This document shows, piece by piece, positions 1 through 12,952 of a stretch of DNA of 64,000 nt. This DNA is from Octopus bimaculoides (taxonomy: Eukaryota), in assembly GCF_001194135.2 (NCBI RefSeq), contig NC_068999.1, positions 53,948,849-54,012,848 of the forward strand. Reading direction: 5' to 3'. Position numbers and translations under genes: made by a program. Every line of letters begins with the position of its first letter. Position 1 is the first letter of the stretch. The notes beneath the pieces were generated by a model. It did not search any database. It had not been told where the DNA came from and worked only from the letters and a program-made list of their open reading frames with translations.

Positions 1-48
<48 letters not shown>

Positions 49-326
49 CTCTCTTTGTCATTATACCTACCTATTTTGTTTGTCAAACCATCCCTCTCTC
101 TATCTTTTTTCTTACTCATTCACACGCGCGCGCACGCACACACGCACGCACACACACACACACACACACCACTCATAAATACATATACACACACACGCAC
201 ACACACACCACTCATANNNNNNNNNNAAATACATATACACACACACGCACACACACACCACTCATAAATACATATACACACACACGCACACACACACCAC
301 TCATAAATACATATACACACACACAT
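1..326. repeat. (TC)n and (CA)n microsatellites plus a ~40-bp cacaccactcataaatacatata tandem unit
   Basis: Directly visible; spans the N gap at 217-226. Confidence 0.9.
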
Positions 327-344
327 TGTTATACTTTTGAATGA

Positions 345-540
345 TGGCACACTGCTGGCTAGGTGGGAAGGCTAATATTCCCCTGAACAGAATACCAGTT
401 TGTCACAGGGTTTCTCATCTACAGTTGAGTGGACTTGAACGACATGAAATGAAGTGCTTTTTTCCTCAAGAACACAGTGCACCACTGGCTTGGGAATTGA
501 AACTACAATCTTTCAATCATGAGTGCAACACCCTAACCAC
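345..540 (-). mobile_element. Older tRNA-headed SINE with a conserved-core-like body (related relics at ~4090-4240 -, 44930-45215 +)
   Basis: The minus strand reads gtggttagggtgttgcactc...agtttcaattccc...tcttgaggaaaaagcacttcatttc...ccactcaactgtag. Confidence 0.55.
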
Positions 541-712
541 AGTTTCCAGTTTTCATCCGTAAATTTCTTTTGGCGAGGTTAATACAATGCTGTAGAAGAA
601 ATAGTATTTGCTCAGTGTAGTCTGTAATAGCATGTGAGAATAATTTTAAAATATGCATCCAGATCTTACACTTATATTGAGCAGACAGAAAATAGCACAA
701 CTAAGCACTGTC

Positions 713-1108
713 TGTGGCTGTGTGGTAAGAAGCTTGCTTCCCAGTCACATTGTTCCAGTTTCACTCCCACTGCATGGCACCTTGGGCAAGTGTCTTCTAC
801 TATAGCTTCAGGTCGGCTAAAGCCTTCTGAGTGGATTTGGTTGACGGAAACTGTAAGAAGCCCGTCGTATATATATATGAACATATCTATATGTGTGTGT
901 CTGTGTTTGTCTCCCACCACTGCTTGACAACAAATGTTGGTATGTTTATGTCCCCATAACTTAGCAGTTCAGCAAAAGAGACTGATAGAATAAGTACTTT
1001 GCTTTAAAAAAAATAGATACTGGGGTGAATTTGTTTGACTAAAACCCTTTAAGGCAGTGCCCTAGCATGGCCGCCACAGTCAGCTAACTGAAACAAGTAA
1101 AAGATAAA
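713..1108 (+). mobile_element. tRNA-derived SINE family A (cephalopod-type), near full length
   Basis: tggctgtgtggtaag head, gttccagtttc/cccactgc B-box region, internal (TA)/(TG) tract, ...actgaaacaagtaaaaga tail; matches 6865-7283. Confidence 0.85.
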
Positions 1109-1444
1109 ATATGATATAACAGAAAAAATGAAACCAAAACAAAACAAAGCACTGCATGTAACCAACAAACATAGAGCTATGCAATGGAAACGTGTAATTA
1201 AAATAAGACTTGCGAATAATAATGGTATCTGATTTAGATACAAGCAAAACCAGGTATTTTGAGGGGCAGGTTTAGCCAATAGTATCAACCCCAGCACTTT
1301 ATTTTATCTACTCTGAAAGGATGAAAGGCAAAGTTGACCTCAGCAGCATTTGAAATCAGAACATAAAGAGCTAGAAGAAATATTGCAAAGCAATTTTTCC
1401 AATGCTGTATTGGTTCAGCCAGTGAACTGCCTTTAACCCTCGGC

Positions 1445-1611
<167 letters not shown>

Positions 1612-2000
1612 GTGGTAATGGTAGTGGGGTGGGAGTAATCATTTTTATCATTGTTGTCATCATGAAGCTGATGGTGATGGTGATTTTTATTGGTCTCTTT
1701 GACTTTGCCTATTTTTGATTATCATTAATTCTAGTAATTAACTTTGATTATCTTTGGACCTTGTAAGTAAATTATTCACTTTGAGTGACTTTGGTTCCTG
1801 GAATTAATTTTGATTATCTTAGAATCTAGTAAAGAACTTTAATGAACTTGATTCTGGCAATTAGATTTCATTACTTTTGGTTCAGATAATTAATTTTGAC
1901 ACCTTAATTAGCTATGAATCTATTAACATTGATTGCCTTAATTTATCTTTGATTATCCTTGATGTTCACAATAATTTGCTCCCTTTCTACTTCTATAAAG

Positions 2001-2135
2001 GGTGCTGCAATTTTACTGAAACGTGGCTCTGCTAATCCAGGATTATTTCTCATTCGAAGAAGTAAATGGCATGAAGGATGGTACGTGATGAGCATCTATT
2101 TTGGACACGTCTTCCATTTTGAAATACAGAATTGT
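2001..2135 (+). CDS. shark: Shark/HTK16-like tyrosine kinase, SH2-domain exon (first exon visible; the 5' part of the gene lies upstream of the window)
   Basis: ctataaag|GGT...TGT|gtaagt, phase 0/0, 45 codons GAAILLKRGSANPGLFLIRRSKWHEGWYVMSIYFGHVFHFEIQNC; contains SH2 core G-FLIR-S and H-F-I motifs. Confidence 0.85.
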
Positions 2136-3153
2136 GTAAGTGGAAACCTTATTTTCTTTAAACTTAAAACCTACTTACTTTCAATTCTTTCTTCTTTAAA
2201 TTATTTGAATTCTTCCTACAAAGAAGAAGCTAGTTTATAACAATACAGAAAATACATAAAGTTCCATCATTGGAATTTAGATGACAAAAACAATAAAATG
2301 TTTTATGTTGAACTCTTGATGCAAATTTCTGCTGCTCTACTTACAGATTGTATTTAAGTATACTGAAGCTGGTCACATTCTTTACTTGAAAATCCTAGAT
2401 TTTTAAAATTCTTTCTTAAACATTTACTAACATACACTTGGCTATACTTAGACTGCTGGCTAACTAGATGGCTTCATTGTTTGTACTATTGTATGTGTGC
2501 AGGAAAGCTCATCTATATTTCTGTGTGATGCTATTCTCTAAAGGCCTATTATATGTGCAAGTGTCTCTTCTATTTAGGTTTTTTGTTTTGTCAGAAAATA
2601 ATAAAGTGCTATCCGAATTTTTTTAGCAGACATAAATTGGAGGAGATCTTACACTGAGAAGATGGATGCATTGAGATGTTACTGTAATCCTAGCTTCCTT
2701 TGTCAGGAAAATCTTTCATATCATGATGCGAACTGCTATCTGCCAATTTTCCTCCTGCCATGAAGCCTAATCATGTTCATCTGCATCACTGTCTCCATAT
2801 CAGTTCACCTGGATTTATCTTATAGACACTCTTTATCCCATGGATCTAGTCTTTGATAAAGACTTCAGAGTTTAAGTTCAAAGCATTTGAGCACTATTAT
2901 ATGTTTTCTATTTTGAGTATGTATCATATATATATATGATAGTAATATTAGGGAAAAATTCCAAATTTACAGCGAAAAATTCAATTTAATTTATCAAAAT
3001 TAAATTAAATTTCACAATATATAATATATAAAATATATAATTTAGAGGAAAAAGCCACAATTATTTAATTCATCCATGAAAATCCACAATCACACATAGA
3101 AATATTTAATAAGTAAATACACTAAAAAGACCTATAATAAAAATCCAAAAAGC

Positions 3154-3859
3154 NNNNNNNNNNNNNNNNNNNNNNNNNNNNNNNNNNNNNNNNNNNNNNN
3201 NNNNNNNNNNNNNNNNNNNNNNNNNNNNNNNNNNNNNNNNNNNNNNNNNNNNNNNNNNNNNNNNNNNNNNNNNNNNNNNNNNNNNNNNNNNNNNNNNNNN
3301 NNNNNNNNNNNNNNNNNNNNNNNNNNNNNNNNNNNNNNNNNNNNNNNNNNNNNNNNNNNNNNNNNNNNNNNNNNNNNNNNNNNNNNNNNNNNNNNNNNNN
3401 NNNNNNNNNNNNNNNNNNNNNNNNNNNNNNNNNNNNNNNNNNNNNNNNNNNNNNNNNNNNNNNNNNNNNNNNNNNNNNNNNNNNNNNNNNNNNNNNNNNN
3501 NNNNNNNNNNNNNNNNNNNNNNNNNNNNNNNNNNNNNNNNNNNNNNNNNNNNNNNNNNNNNNNNNNNNNNNNNNNNNNNNNNNNNNNNNNNNNNNNNNNN
3601 NNNNNNNNNNNNNNNNNNNNNNNNNNNNNNNNNNNNNNNNNNNNNNNNNNNNNNNNNNNNNNNNNNNNNNNNNNNNNNNNNNNNNNNNNNNNNNNNNNNN
3701 NNNNNNNNNNNNNNNNNNNNNNNNNNNNNNNNNNNNNNNNNNNNNNNNNNNNNNNNNNNNNNNNNNNNNNNNNNNNNNNNNNNNNNNNNNNNNNNNNNNN
3801 NNNNNNNNNNNNNNNNNNNNNNNNNNNNNNNNNNNNNNNNNNNNNNNNNNNNNNNNNNN
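3154..3859. other. Assembly gap (others at 217-226, 7839-7898, 9107-9116, 56029-56038, 61245-61511)
   Basis: N runs. Confidence 1.
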
Positions 3860-4821
3860 ATATATACACACACACACACACACGTATACATATATATGTC
3901 TATGTACATGCACATACACACACACACACACATATGTAAAACAAATAAACAAAACTTCTTGTAAGCCATTATGACCTGGTAGCATGTACCACACTTTTGC
4001 CTATGCAGCTGCAACCAAACACAGACATCCTCTCAGCTTTTCTTGCTCTTGACCCAATGGAATATCCAGGATGTGACACTTAATGAAAAGAGAAAACTAC
4101 ACCACCACTGGGATGGTATTCATTTCCATTTGTGTAGATTGGAGCAATATGAAATAAAGTACTTTGCTCAAGAACACAATATGTAGCTTGGTGTAGGAAA
4201 TGAACGCACAATCTTATTTTTGTGAGTCCATCCCCTTAGCTATAAGGCCACCTGCCTCCACGTATAATATATGCATAAGTATGTGTGTTTAAATATAGAT
4301 GTATGTGTATACAAATATATGTGCACACACACATCTACACACACACAGACAGTTATTGAATGAGAGTTGTATAATTGAAGTACACTCCTGCTTTGCTGAC
4401 ACAAGTGTGACAAATGCTTGCCACAAAAATGCATGACATCATTTCAACTGCAATCAGCAATCTAAAAGAAATACGTTGTACAATGTAACCTTGACTGTCT
4501 TGCACTAAATATAGAAGTTGTGCACTAAATGCATAACCTTTTGTAATGACCCAGCCCCTCCATTTTTATTGGATGTTTTATTATTCATACAGAGAATATA
4601 TTCAATTCATAAGTACAAAAACGCTCTGCACTCTTTTATTGAAGATGTTATAAAACCAATTTCATGTGCATATATGTATGTATTGTTGATGATGATGTTG
4701 CTTTTTAGCCCAAGGTCAGCTCTGAATCAAGTAGACCCTGTGATCAATTGACATTCCAACAGTGGCCATCCATTCTTGTATTCTAACATAGTTTATTTAA
4801 GAGTATATTGTCAAATATACC

Positions 4822-5170
4822 TTTTACATTTTACTTGTTTCAGTCATTAGATTGTGGCCATACTGGGGCACCACCTTAAGGTATTTTAATTGAACTAATC
4901 AACCCCAGTACTTATTCTTTTTAAGTATGGTACTTATTCTATAGGTCTCTTTGCCAAACCACTAAGTCACAGAGATATAAACACACCAATACCAGTTGTC
5001 AATCGGTGGGGGGATACAAACAAAGACACACATACGCACGCATGCACATACACACACACACACACACACATACACACACACACACACACACACATACACA
5101 TATATGATTGGTTTCTTCTTCAAAATATACTCACAAGGCTTTGGTCAGATCAAGGCTATAGTAGAAGACC
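4822..5170 (-). mobile_element. SINE family A, 5'-truncated
   Basis: ttttacttgtttcagtcattag...gtagaagac, reverse complement of the family A body and tail. Confidence 0.8.
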
Positions 5171-5409
5171 ACACCGCTCAGTTACATTGATGCTATTGGC
5201 AGAGACACACAGCATGAAATTGGGAACTTACCAAAGCTGTTGAGGGGCTGAGATTCCTGGCACTACCTGATGAAGTACATCTTAGCTACAACCACTTGAA
5301 GAAAAAAGGAAGAGGAGGGGAAGAGAGATCACTCTTGGTAAAAGTTATACAAATGCCATTCATTATAAATCCAACCACTATCTTATTATATCTACATTGA
5401 TATTTACAG

Positions 5410-5539
5410 AATTACAATGGTAAAGTAATGTACTACATAGACAATGGACCATACATGTGCTCACTCCAATTACTGGTGCACCACTACAATATGAGGTCTG
5501 ATGGACTTCCCTGTTTACTTAAGTATGGTCTGTCAGTAG
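5410..5539 (+). CDS. shark: Shark-like kinase, SH2 C-terminal exon
   Basis: tttacag|AAT...GTAG|gtaagt, phase 0/1; NYNGKVMYYIDNGPYMCSLQLLVHHYNMRSDGLPCLLKYGLSV matches the SH2 end motif L--LV-HY----DGLPC-L. Confidence 0.88.
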
Positions 5540-6116
5540 GTAAGTATCATGCAAGTGATCTGCTGATCTTTCAACACCCTATTGAGCTTTCAACACTCAC
5601 CTGTACCATGAATTCTCCTGCACTATGAGCACTACTGCACTATTAACATTAGAGTGTAAAGTAGACACTCTATTGTTCACACTCTACTTTCTACCATACA
5701 GTCAACATTCTATTGTACTGTTCACATTCTACAAACTAGACACTACTGTACTGTCCTCACTATGTTGTACTGTCAACATTCTGCTACCCATACTGCACTG
5801 TAAATTCTTAGCGTCAACATTCTACTGTCCACATACACCCTACTGTACTGTGCACACTCTCCTGTTTTGCCCATACTTCACTGTCACTTCTCTGCCGTCA
5901 ACTAAAGTACACTCTATGAATATGTCTGTGGTAAAGGTCAAATTTGCCTGTTATTCTTCCAGACTTAATAAAATAAGTAAAGTACCACCTAACCACTTCC
6001 CTCAAATTTGCTGGTCTTTTACCTAAATCAGAAACAATTAGTGCCATTATTGTTATTGTTACTGTTGTTGTTGTTGTTTTTGTTGTTGCCATTGTTAATA
6101 TTACCATTATAATAAA

Positions 6117-6297
6117 GGTAGCAAGCTGGCAGAAGTATTAGCATGCCAGGCAAAATGCTTGGTGGTATTTTATCAGTCAACTTTGCCTTTCATCTTTTCA
6201 AGGTTGATGAAATAAGTACCAGTTGAACACTGGGGTTGATGTAATCGACTCATTCCCTTCCCCGAACTTGCTGGCCCTGTGCCAAAATTTGAAATTA
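6117..6297 (+). mobile_element. tRNA-derived SINE family B (further copies at ~1262-1432 -, 13255-13428 +, 16405-16621 -, 36330-36480 -, 42688-42862 -, 50760-50945 +, 53563-53745 +)
   Basis: gagctggcagaa head, (tga)gttcaaattc B box, ctttgcctttcatcc core, gtgccaaaatttgaaacc tail recur at all listed positions. Confidence 0.8.
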
Positions 6298-6337
6298 ATA
6301 TTACCATTATCATAAATTTTGCTTATATTTATTACAG

Positions 6338-6403
6338 AAGGTGATATCTATGAAATACCAAGTTTAAATAAAAACTTATTACGTTCAAAATCAGAAGATC
6401 TAG
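6338..6403 (+). CDS. shark: Shark-like kinase, linker exon
   Basis: attacag|AA...CTAG|gtaaac, phase 1/1, EGDIYEIPSLNKNLLRSKSEDL; continues the frame and contains an IYEIP phosphotyrosine-type motif. Confidence 0.7.
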
Positions 6404-6864
6404 GTAAACATTTTTCAAATATTTATGCATTCATATATATAACATCATAGCAAAAATCAGTGTAGAGACAACCCTAACAAGTGATGTAAATCACACTGCT
6501 AACACAGTATTGACTTATAAAAACTTTTAATTTAGTTTATATTATATTGTAGTTGCATAACGAAATTCTGCATCCCTACAAGTCATTGTTTACATACCAG
6601 TTTCCAGAAATGTATTTAATATGTAAAACTGGTATATCCAATAATGTTACACCACTATATTTAGTGACTGTTTACGCAATGTGTTCATTGATGATTAAGG
6701 GGTTAGACGGGTGCTGATGAAGGAGCAAAACCTGCCAAAATATGGCATATATGCCCATTACCCTTATTTTCATCTTCAATCTCATTGCTTGTTTACATCT
6801 GACGTCTCAGGATGAAATGCCATAACGAAAATCAGTGCTGGTTATAATTTCTATAGAGTATCTT

Positions 6865-7036
6865 AGGCGCAGGAGTGGCTGTGTGGTAAGTAGCTTGCTT
6901 ACCAACCACATGGTTCCGGGTTCAGTCCCACTGCGTGGCACCTTGGGCAAGTGTCTTCTACTATAGCCTCGGGCCAACCAAAGCCTTGTGAGTGGATTTG
7001 GTAGACGGAAACTGAATGAAGCCCATCGTATATATG

Positions 7037-7089
<53 letters not shown>

Positions 7090-7283
7090 CTGTGTTTGTC
7101 CCCTCACCATCGCTTGACAACCCATGCTGGTGTGTTTACGTCCCCGTAACTTAGCAGTTCGGCAAAAAGAGACCGATAGAATAAGTACTAGGTTTACAAA
7201 GAATAAGTCGTGGGGTCGATTTGCTCGACTAAAGGCGGTGTTCCAGCATGGCTGCAGTCAAATGACTGAAACAAGTAAAAGAC
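6865..7283 (+). mobile_element. SINE family A, full-length, low divergence
   Basis: aggcgcaggagtggctgtgtggtaag (A box), ggttcagtccc (B box), tail gactgaaacaagtaaaaga. Confidence 0.9.
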
Positions 7284-7468
7284 TAAGTGATTCTTCCAAC
7301 GTCCACACCCTCCATCAAACTTCCTTTGATACTCTTCCATAACAATAACTGTTTGGTTAGTCCACATTTTGGATGAATGGAATCAGAGAAGAAATTGTAA
7401 AAGAGAACAATTATAATAAATTATTTCAGTGGAAATATTTTTTAAAATTTTCTGTTCTACTTTTACAG

Positions 7469-7527
7469 AAGTTCCACTCCAACGGACAAGAGTATCAGTT
7501 CCTCTAAGGGTACCTCCACCAGTTCCA
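7469..7527 (+). CDS. shark: Shark-like kinase, proline-rich linker exon
   Basis: ttttacag|AA...CCA|gtaagt, phase 1/0, EVPLQRTRVSVPLRVPPPVP. Confidence 0.65.
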
Positions 7528-8058
7528 GTAAGTCTTCTGATAAATTACCATGAATGTCATTATCATCATTCCCACTTACCATTTTTATCACCATTCTTTT
7601 CACAACCATTTCCATGAGAATCATTGACATCATTGTTGTTGTTGTTGTTGTCATTGTCATCATTGTCATCGCCATTGTCATCATCATCATCATCATTTTC
7701 AATTATATTCACCACATTTTAATAATTCTTAAACTCATCTTCTCACCTTTCCTCTTTCTTCCTCTCTCTCTTCCTCTCACCCACCCTCTGCTCTCCCTCC
7801 TTCATCTCTATTATATATATATATATATATATATATATNNNNNNNNNNNNNNNNNNNNNNNNNNNNNNNNNNNNNNNNNNNNNNNNNNNNNNNNNNNNAT
7901 ATATTGGAAGGTTTGGAGGTGATGTACAGGAATTATATATTAGAAAAAATAATAATCAGGTACTCAGATGTTTGGATGGTTGTATATTTACAGATTTTTA
8001 TTCATATGTCACATTTTTTGTAAATTAGTGCTTTCACCTAGTCTTGTATGTATGTATG

Positions 8059-8089
<31 letters not shown>

Positions 8090-8302
8090 TTAAATTAGCA
8101 CTAAGCTTAAGGACACACAAGGCATCAAACCTGTTTAGAAATAGCAGCCAAAATCCTAAATTCACCACCAAAAGCACCAAAATATGACAGAGACAACAGT
8201 AAGCAAGCAAACAGTTAAAGAATTAAACAGCTAAAAACATACCCTTAAGGAATATGTCATTCAGATATTCATGTACCGTGATTTTGGGTTCTGGCCTGTG
8301 GA

Positions 8303-8627
8303 CCTCAACCCTCCTCAGCATGAATTGTCAAGGAGAGATTCTAAATCCATCACATTGAACATCTATCAGCATTCTGACTTGCTTTGCACCAAAATCAGCC
8401 TGCCTCGGTGAAAATATGTTTATGTGTAAAATTTGAATGTAAACATTCGAAGAAAGATGCTATTATTGTTAATATCTTTGGTGAATATAAGTAATTGATA
8501 ATAATAGCAACAATAATATAGGTGATTAAAGGTGATTTTGGTACAAAACAAGTCAGAACACTAATAGATGTTCAACATGACGGATTTAGAATTTTTCCTC
8601 GGTGATTCATGTTGATGAGGGTTGAGG
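8303..8627. repeat. Foldback/MITE-like inverted repeat, ~100-bp arms (8303-8401 / 8530-8627)
   Basis: e.g. attctaaatccatcacattgaacatctat vs atagatgttcaacatgacggatttagaat; roughly 85% complementary. Confidence 0.85.
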
Positions 8628-9367
8628 CGAATATAGTGGTTGTGAAGCAAACTTCTAAACACAGCTATGTCTTTATACATAGTATTTACTATCGAAACAT
8701 CTCTGTTATATGCTTCATAAAAACTTTATATGTTTTTTTTCTTTTTCCTGTCAATTTAGCCTCCAGTTCCACCCACCTCACAGCTCGAACATACTGTAAC
8801 AAATTTCCATTTCATTGACTGCAAAGACATCAAAAAAGGTCGGTTCTTCAGTGTATTCTTCAATCCACATTGGAACTCCTAAACCTTCACTGCACTCCTA
8901 AACCTTTAAATAAACTCCTAAACCTTTAAATAAACTCTCGAACTTTACCCACAGCAGTAAATAGATTGTATCCTAAAAATTTGATACTTTTTGTCCCCTC
9001 TACTGTGTACTCAGAAATCTACCCTTATCTGCTTTACAAGATCTGAAACTGGAAACATTAAGTAGTGATGCTAATAGTGGTGGTAGCGGTGGTGGTGGTG
9101 GTGGTGNNNNNNNNNNTGGTGGCGGCGGTGGCGGCAGCAGTGGTGGTGGAACAGACTTTGTTTGTTGGAGATTATTATGAAGAAATTAATTACAGTGGCA
9201 GTAGCAGGGGTGGTGGTAGTGGTGGTCATGGTGGCTGGTAGTGGTAATGATGATAATAGTGATGATGAGTATAACAACAGAAGTAGTTGTGTAGTGGGCT
9301 GGGGGGGAAAATGTTGAAAATAGCTTGAATCTGTTAATTAAATGTCTTTTTTGCATTTGTCTCACAG

Positions 9368-9447
9368 GTGGTCTTTTAGGTCTTGGAGAATTTGGTGAAG
9401 TAATGAAAGGAACTTTAACTACTCATGATGGCAAAAAAAGTAAAAAG
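9368..9447 (+). CDS. shark: Shark-like kinase, subdomain I (Gly-rich loop) exon
   Basis: ctcacag|GT...AAG|gtaaaa, phase 1/0, GLLGLGEFGEVMKGTLTTHDGKKSKK (GxGxFG motif). Confidence 0.88.
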
Positions 9448-12065
9448 GTAAAATAAATCCATTTTTGCATTTCGTTTTTGAGATTATATTATTCTACACT
9501 GCTAATCCATTTAAGAAATTCCAAAGATTTTTCAACTTTGGTCGCCCCACCACCACTACTACCCCACCCTGCTTGCAGCAGCTGCTTTTGTAGAGTTGAG
9601 TAGATTAACTCATTTGATACCAACCAACCCAAGTTCTATGTTACAAACTTCCTGTGTGAAAGTGGTCTAAAAACTTTCCATCGAAATTTCCTGTTAATTT
9701 ATGTTTCAAACACCATCATCATCATCATCATTATCACTTAACGTCTGCCTTTGACAGGAGCCAGCTAAATGGACAAATTTCAAATATGAACATCACACAA
9801 CTAAAAGCTTTAGGGTTGCTTACTACAAATACCATTGCTTAGGATCTCTCTTGACATAGCAAAAACTTCATCACCAAGATTTACCTTATTCTTTCAGGTC
9901 AGAAAATACTTCAGTTCCCTAACAACTATTAACTTTTTACAGAGCTCAGGTGAGGCCTACAACAGGATACTACTCCTATATCTGGGACAGTTTGATCAGT
10001 GATTCTCATCTCGGATCCATATGGCCTTTGGAGGGCCATATAAGCTTTTGTTGTTCAAATTTACCTGCAATAATTTACTTCTACTTCTTACAATACACAA
10101 AATATTTAAGCAATTTTTTTTTATACACTTCCTTATAATATCTAATTATAAGAATATAATATGAATTTTTAAACATCAAATGGCTAGGAGGGTCCATCTG
10201 AGTAAAAAAAGGGGGTATCAAAGGGGTCCATGGGTGAAAAATAGTTGAGAAACATTGTGGTTTAGAGTTTTCTAGTTCAGAGGATAAGTTGCTAGTTCAG
10301 TAAAAGCCTGATGGTTCAGTGAAAGTTTACTAATACAAAGAAGGGCTCTGTTGTTCAGAGGTGAGCTTGCTAATTAAATAGAGGGCTTTCTAATTCAGAA
10401 GAAGGTTTGCTTACTAGCTCAGATGCTCCTACAACCTAATGAGTTATGAAACTCATTTTTCTCTCTGGAAAAAATAAGTCTATCCACTATCATTATAATT
10501 ATTAGTCTGTCATGAATGAGCTATCTTTTACTAAAGACTAAACAATGAGGATTCATCACAAAATACTCTTGTATTTTTAAAATATATGTGGGTGTAAAAC
10601 ATCCTGAGCAAACAATAAATGCCAAGGGCACTGGTTTGCCTTGTCTAGATTAGACCAAACACGTTTTAAGTTGGTCACACTTTTTGTGAAAAAGCCATTT
10701 CCTATAAAACATTGCTATTTTACTTAACAAACCAGTTTTTGTTGGTATATTAGCTAGAACATTGTTACTAAATTAACACACAAAATTATTCACATTTTCA
10801 AATAAGGCTATATGTATTTGCATAAGTTTCGATTTCTTCTATCTGTTTGGCTGACAACAAACATAACCAATTCTAATGAGCTTTACTTCCCATGACCTTT
10901 ATAGGTTTTTGCTCAATGAATGGGTAATACAACCTTTCAGGGTATGAACAAGAAAATCATACATCATTTATAGCTTTTTGTGTATTATATGTGTAGGAGA
11001 GTGTTATTGAGGTCAACTTTGCATTTTATCCTTCGAGGGTTGATAAAGCCAAGTACTGGACTCCATTTAATTGACTATAAATTCCCTAAAATATATGCGA
11101 TTCCATACTAATAATAGTAATCAATAATTTGATAGAGAGACAAATATAAAGAGAAGAAGGTAAATTGTCAAACAGGTTTATAGATATACAGACAGATAGA
11201 TATAGCACAGTGGTTATGAAGTTAAAGGCTGAAATAATAATAACATGACTTTGAAATGAAACCTACAGAAATTCTGTTGTATCATACCTTTACTTAGCTC
11301 AAATCTGTTTGACTGACATCAAGTTCTACTTCACTGTGGGTTGGTTAATTGTGGTGAAAGTATCAAGATGTAAAGACATTAGCTCCACTACTCAGTAACC
11401 ACATTATGAGAACATATCTGGATTAAATGAGGAGTACATTTATATTTTTAAGCAAAGAATGGATGCGAGTGCAATGAAATATGAAATGTTTCATTTATGG
11501 TGAACCCACTAATGCTGCTGACATGAAAAAACACCCACTACTCTCTGTAAAATGATTGGAATTAGAAAGGGCATCTGGCTAGAGACACCATACCAAAACA
11601 GATGTTAGAGTTCAACACAGTTCACTGACCTGGTGGATTGTGTGAAACCATCCAACCCATGCCTGCAGGAATACAATCACTAAATGATGATGATGATGAT
11701 GATGATTTCATATGTGTTATTTGGTGTCTGCAATTAAAAAAAGTTGCACTAGAAACACATAGTGAAGAAAGAAGGAAACTTCTACACAGTCACTTAGCTT
11801 GCTAAAAATAGCTGCCAGATTTCTTCAAATCACACCCTACTGACTTAAAAAAAGGAAGAACACATTCAACAATGTAGTCTTAGATGTATGAAAATGGCAT
11901 AGTGACAAATGGAATGTCTTTGATCATATAAATTTTAATCGAGGCTACCTGGGTTTTGAATGACTTTCATCTCTTTCCTATACTAGTAAAATCACAAAAA
12001 CATTTTGATAAAATCCTACTTTCTGTTTTCTGTATTTTAAATTTCTGTTTTTATATTATTTTTAG

Positions 12066-12206
12066 ATAACAGTTGCTTTGAAAACCTTTAATAATAATGT
12101 TGTGAACAGCACTTCAGACTTCTGTCGAGAAGCAAAGATTATGATGAACTTAGACCATATATGTATCACCAAACTAATTGGTCTATGTCAGAAACCTTTG
12201 ATGCTG
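12066..12206 (+). CDS. shark: Shark-like kinase, subdomains II-IV exon
   Basis: tttag|ATA...CTG|gtaagt, phase 0/0, ITVALKTF...DFCREAKIMMNLDHICITKLIGLCQKPLML (VALK lysine, helix C Glu). Confidence 0.92.
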
Positions 12207-12267
12207 GTAAGTGGCAGCACTATTTTTGCTTTTTTATGTATTGTTTTATGTTACACTACTACAAACT

Positions 12268-12585
12268 GTCGGAGGTGCAATGGCCCAGTGGTTAGGCAGC
12301 GGACTCGTGGTCATAAGTAGATTTGTTAGAAGAAAATTGTAAGAAGCCTTCCATATACATATATGTGTGTCTTTGTATCTCTGTTTGTCTCTCACCACTG
12401 CTTAACAACTGGTGTTGGTGTGTTTACATCACCATAATTTAGCAGTTCAACAAATGAGTCTGATTGAATAAGTACTAGGCTTAACAAAATAAGTCCTGAG
12501 GTCAATTTGTTCGCCTAAAATCCTTCCAAGCAGTGCCCTAGCATGGCTGCTGTCAAATGACTGAAACAAGCAAAAGATAAAAACT
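12268..12585 (+). mobile_element. Chimeric SINE: a different tRNA-like head (ggaggtgcaatggcccagtgg) fused to the family A body and tail
   Basis: Head 12268-12320, then gaagcc...gactgaaacaagcaaaaga. Confidence 0.65.
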
Positions 12586-12662
12586 GAAAGATATCAGAAT
12601 TCAATATTTGACCAACACCAAATATATATATATATATATATATATATTTTTTTACTTTTTAG

Positions 12663-12851
12663 GTTGAAGAATTTGTCCCCAAAGGATCAATGCTAGACTT
12701 TCTCTTGGATTACCCTTCAAAAGTTGATGCAAAAGTAGAATTGATTTTATGGGCATCTCAAATTGCCTTTGGAATGGTTTATCTGGAATCAAAGAAAATG
12801 GTGCATCGAGATTTGGCAGCAAGAAATATCCTTTTAGAGTCTAAAAAACAG
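12663..12851 (+). CDS. shark: Shark-like kinase, subdomains V-VIb exon
   Basis: ttttag|GTT...CAG|gtgact, phase 0/0, VEEFVPKGSMLDFLLDY...ELILWASQIAFGMVYLESKKMVHRDLAARNILL; HRDLAARN is the tyrosine-kinase signature and GSML/WASQIA is Shark-like. Confidence 0.95.
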
Positions 12852-12902
12852 GTGACTATCAATTGAGTCTTCTGTCAGCCTCTGGAATTTGTGTTGTTGC
12901 TG

Positions 12903-12952
<50 letters not shown>

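Noticed and set aside
9013-9250. Candidate for the missing kinase linker exon (tactcag|AAATCT..., GDYYEEINY)
   Set aside because: No donor gives the required phase 0-to-1, and the region is GGT/AGT microsatellite with a gap.
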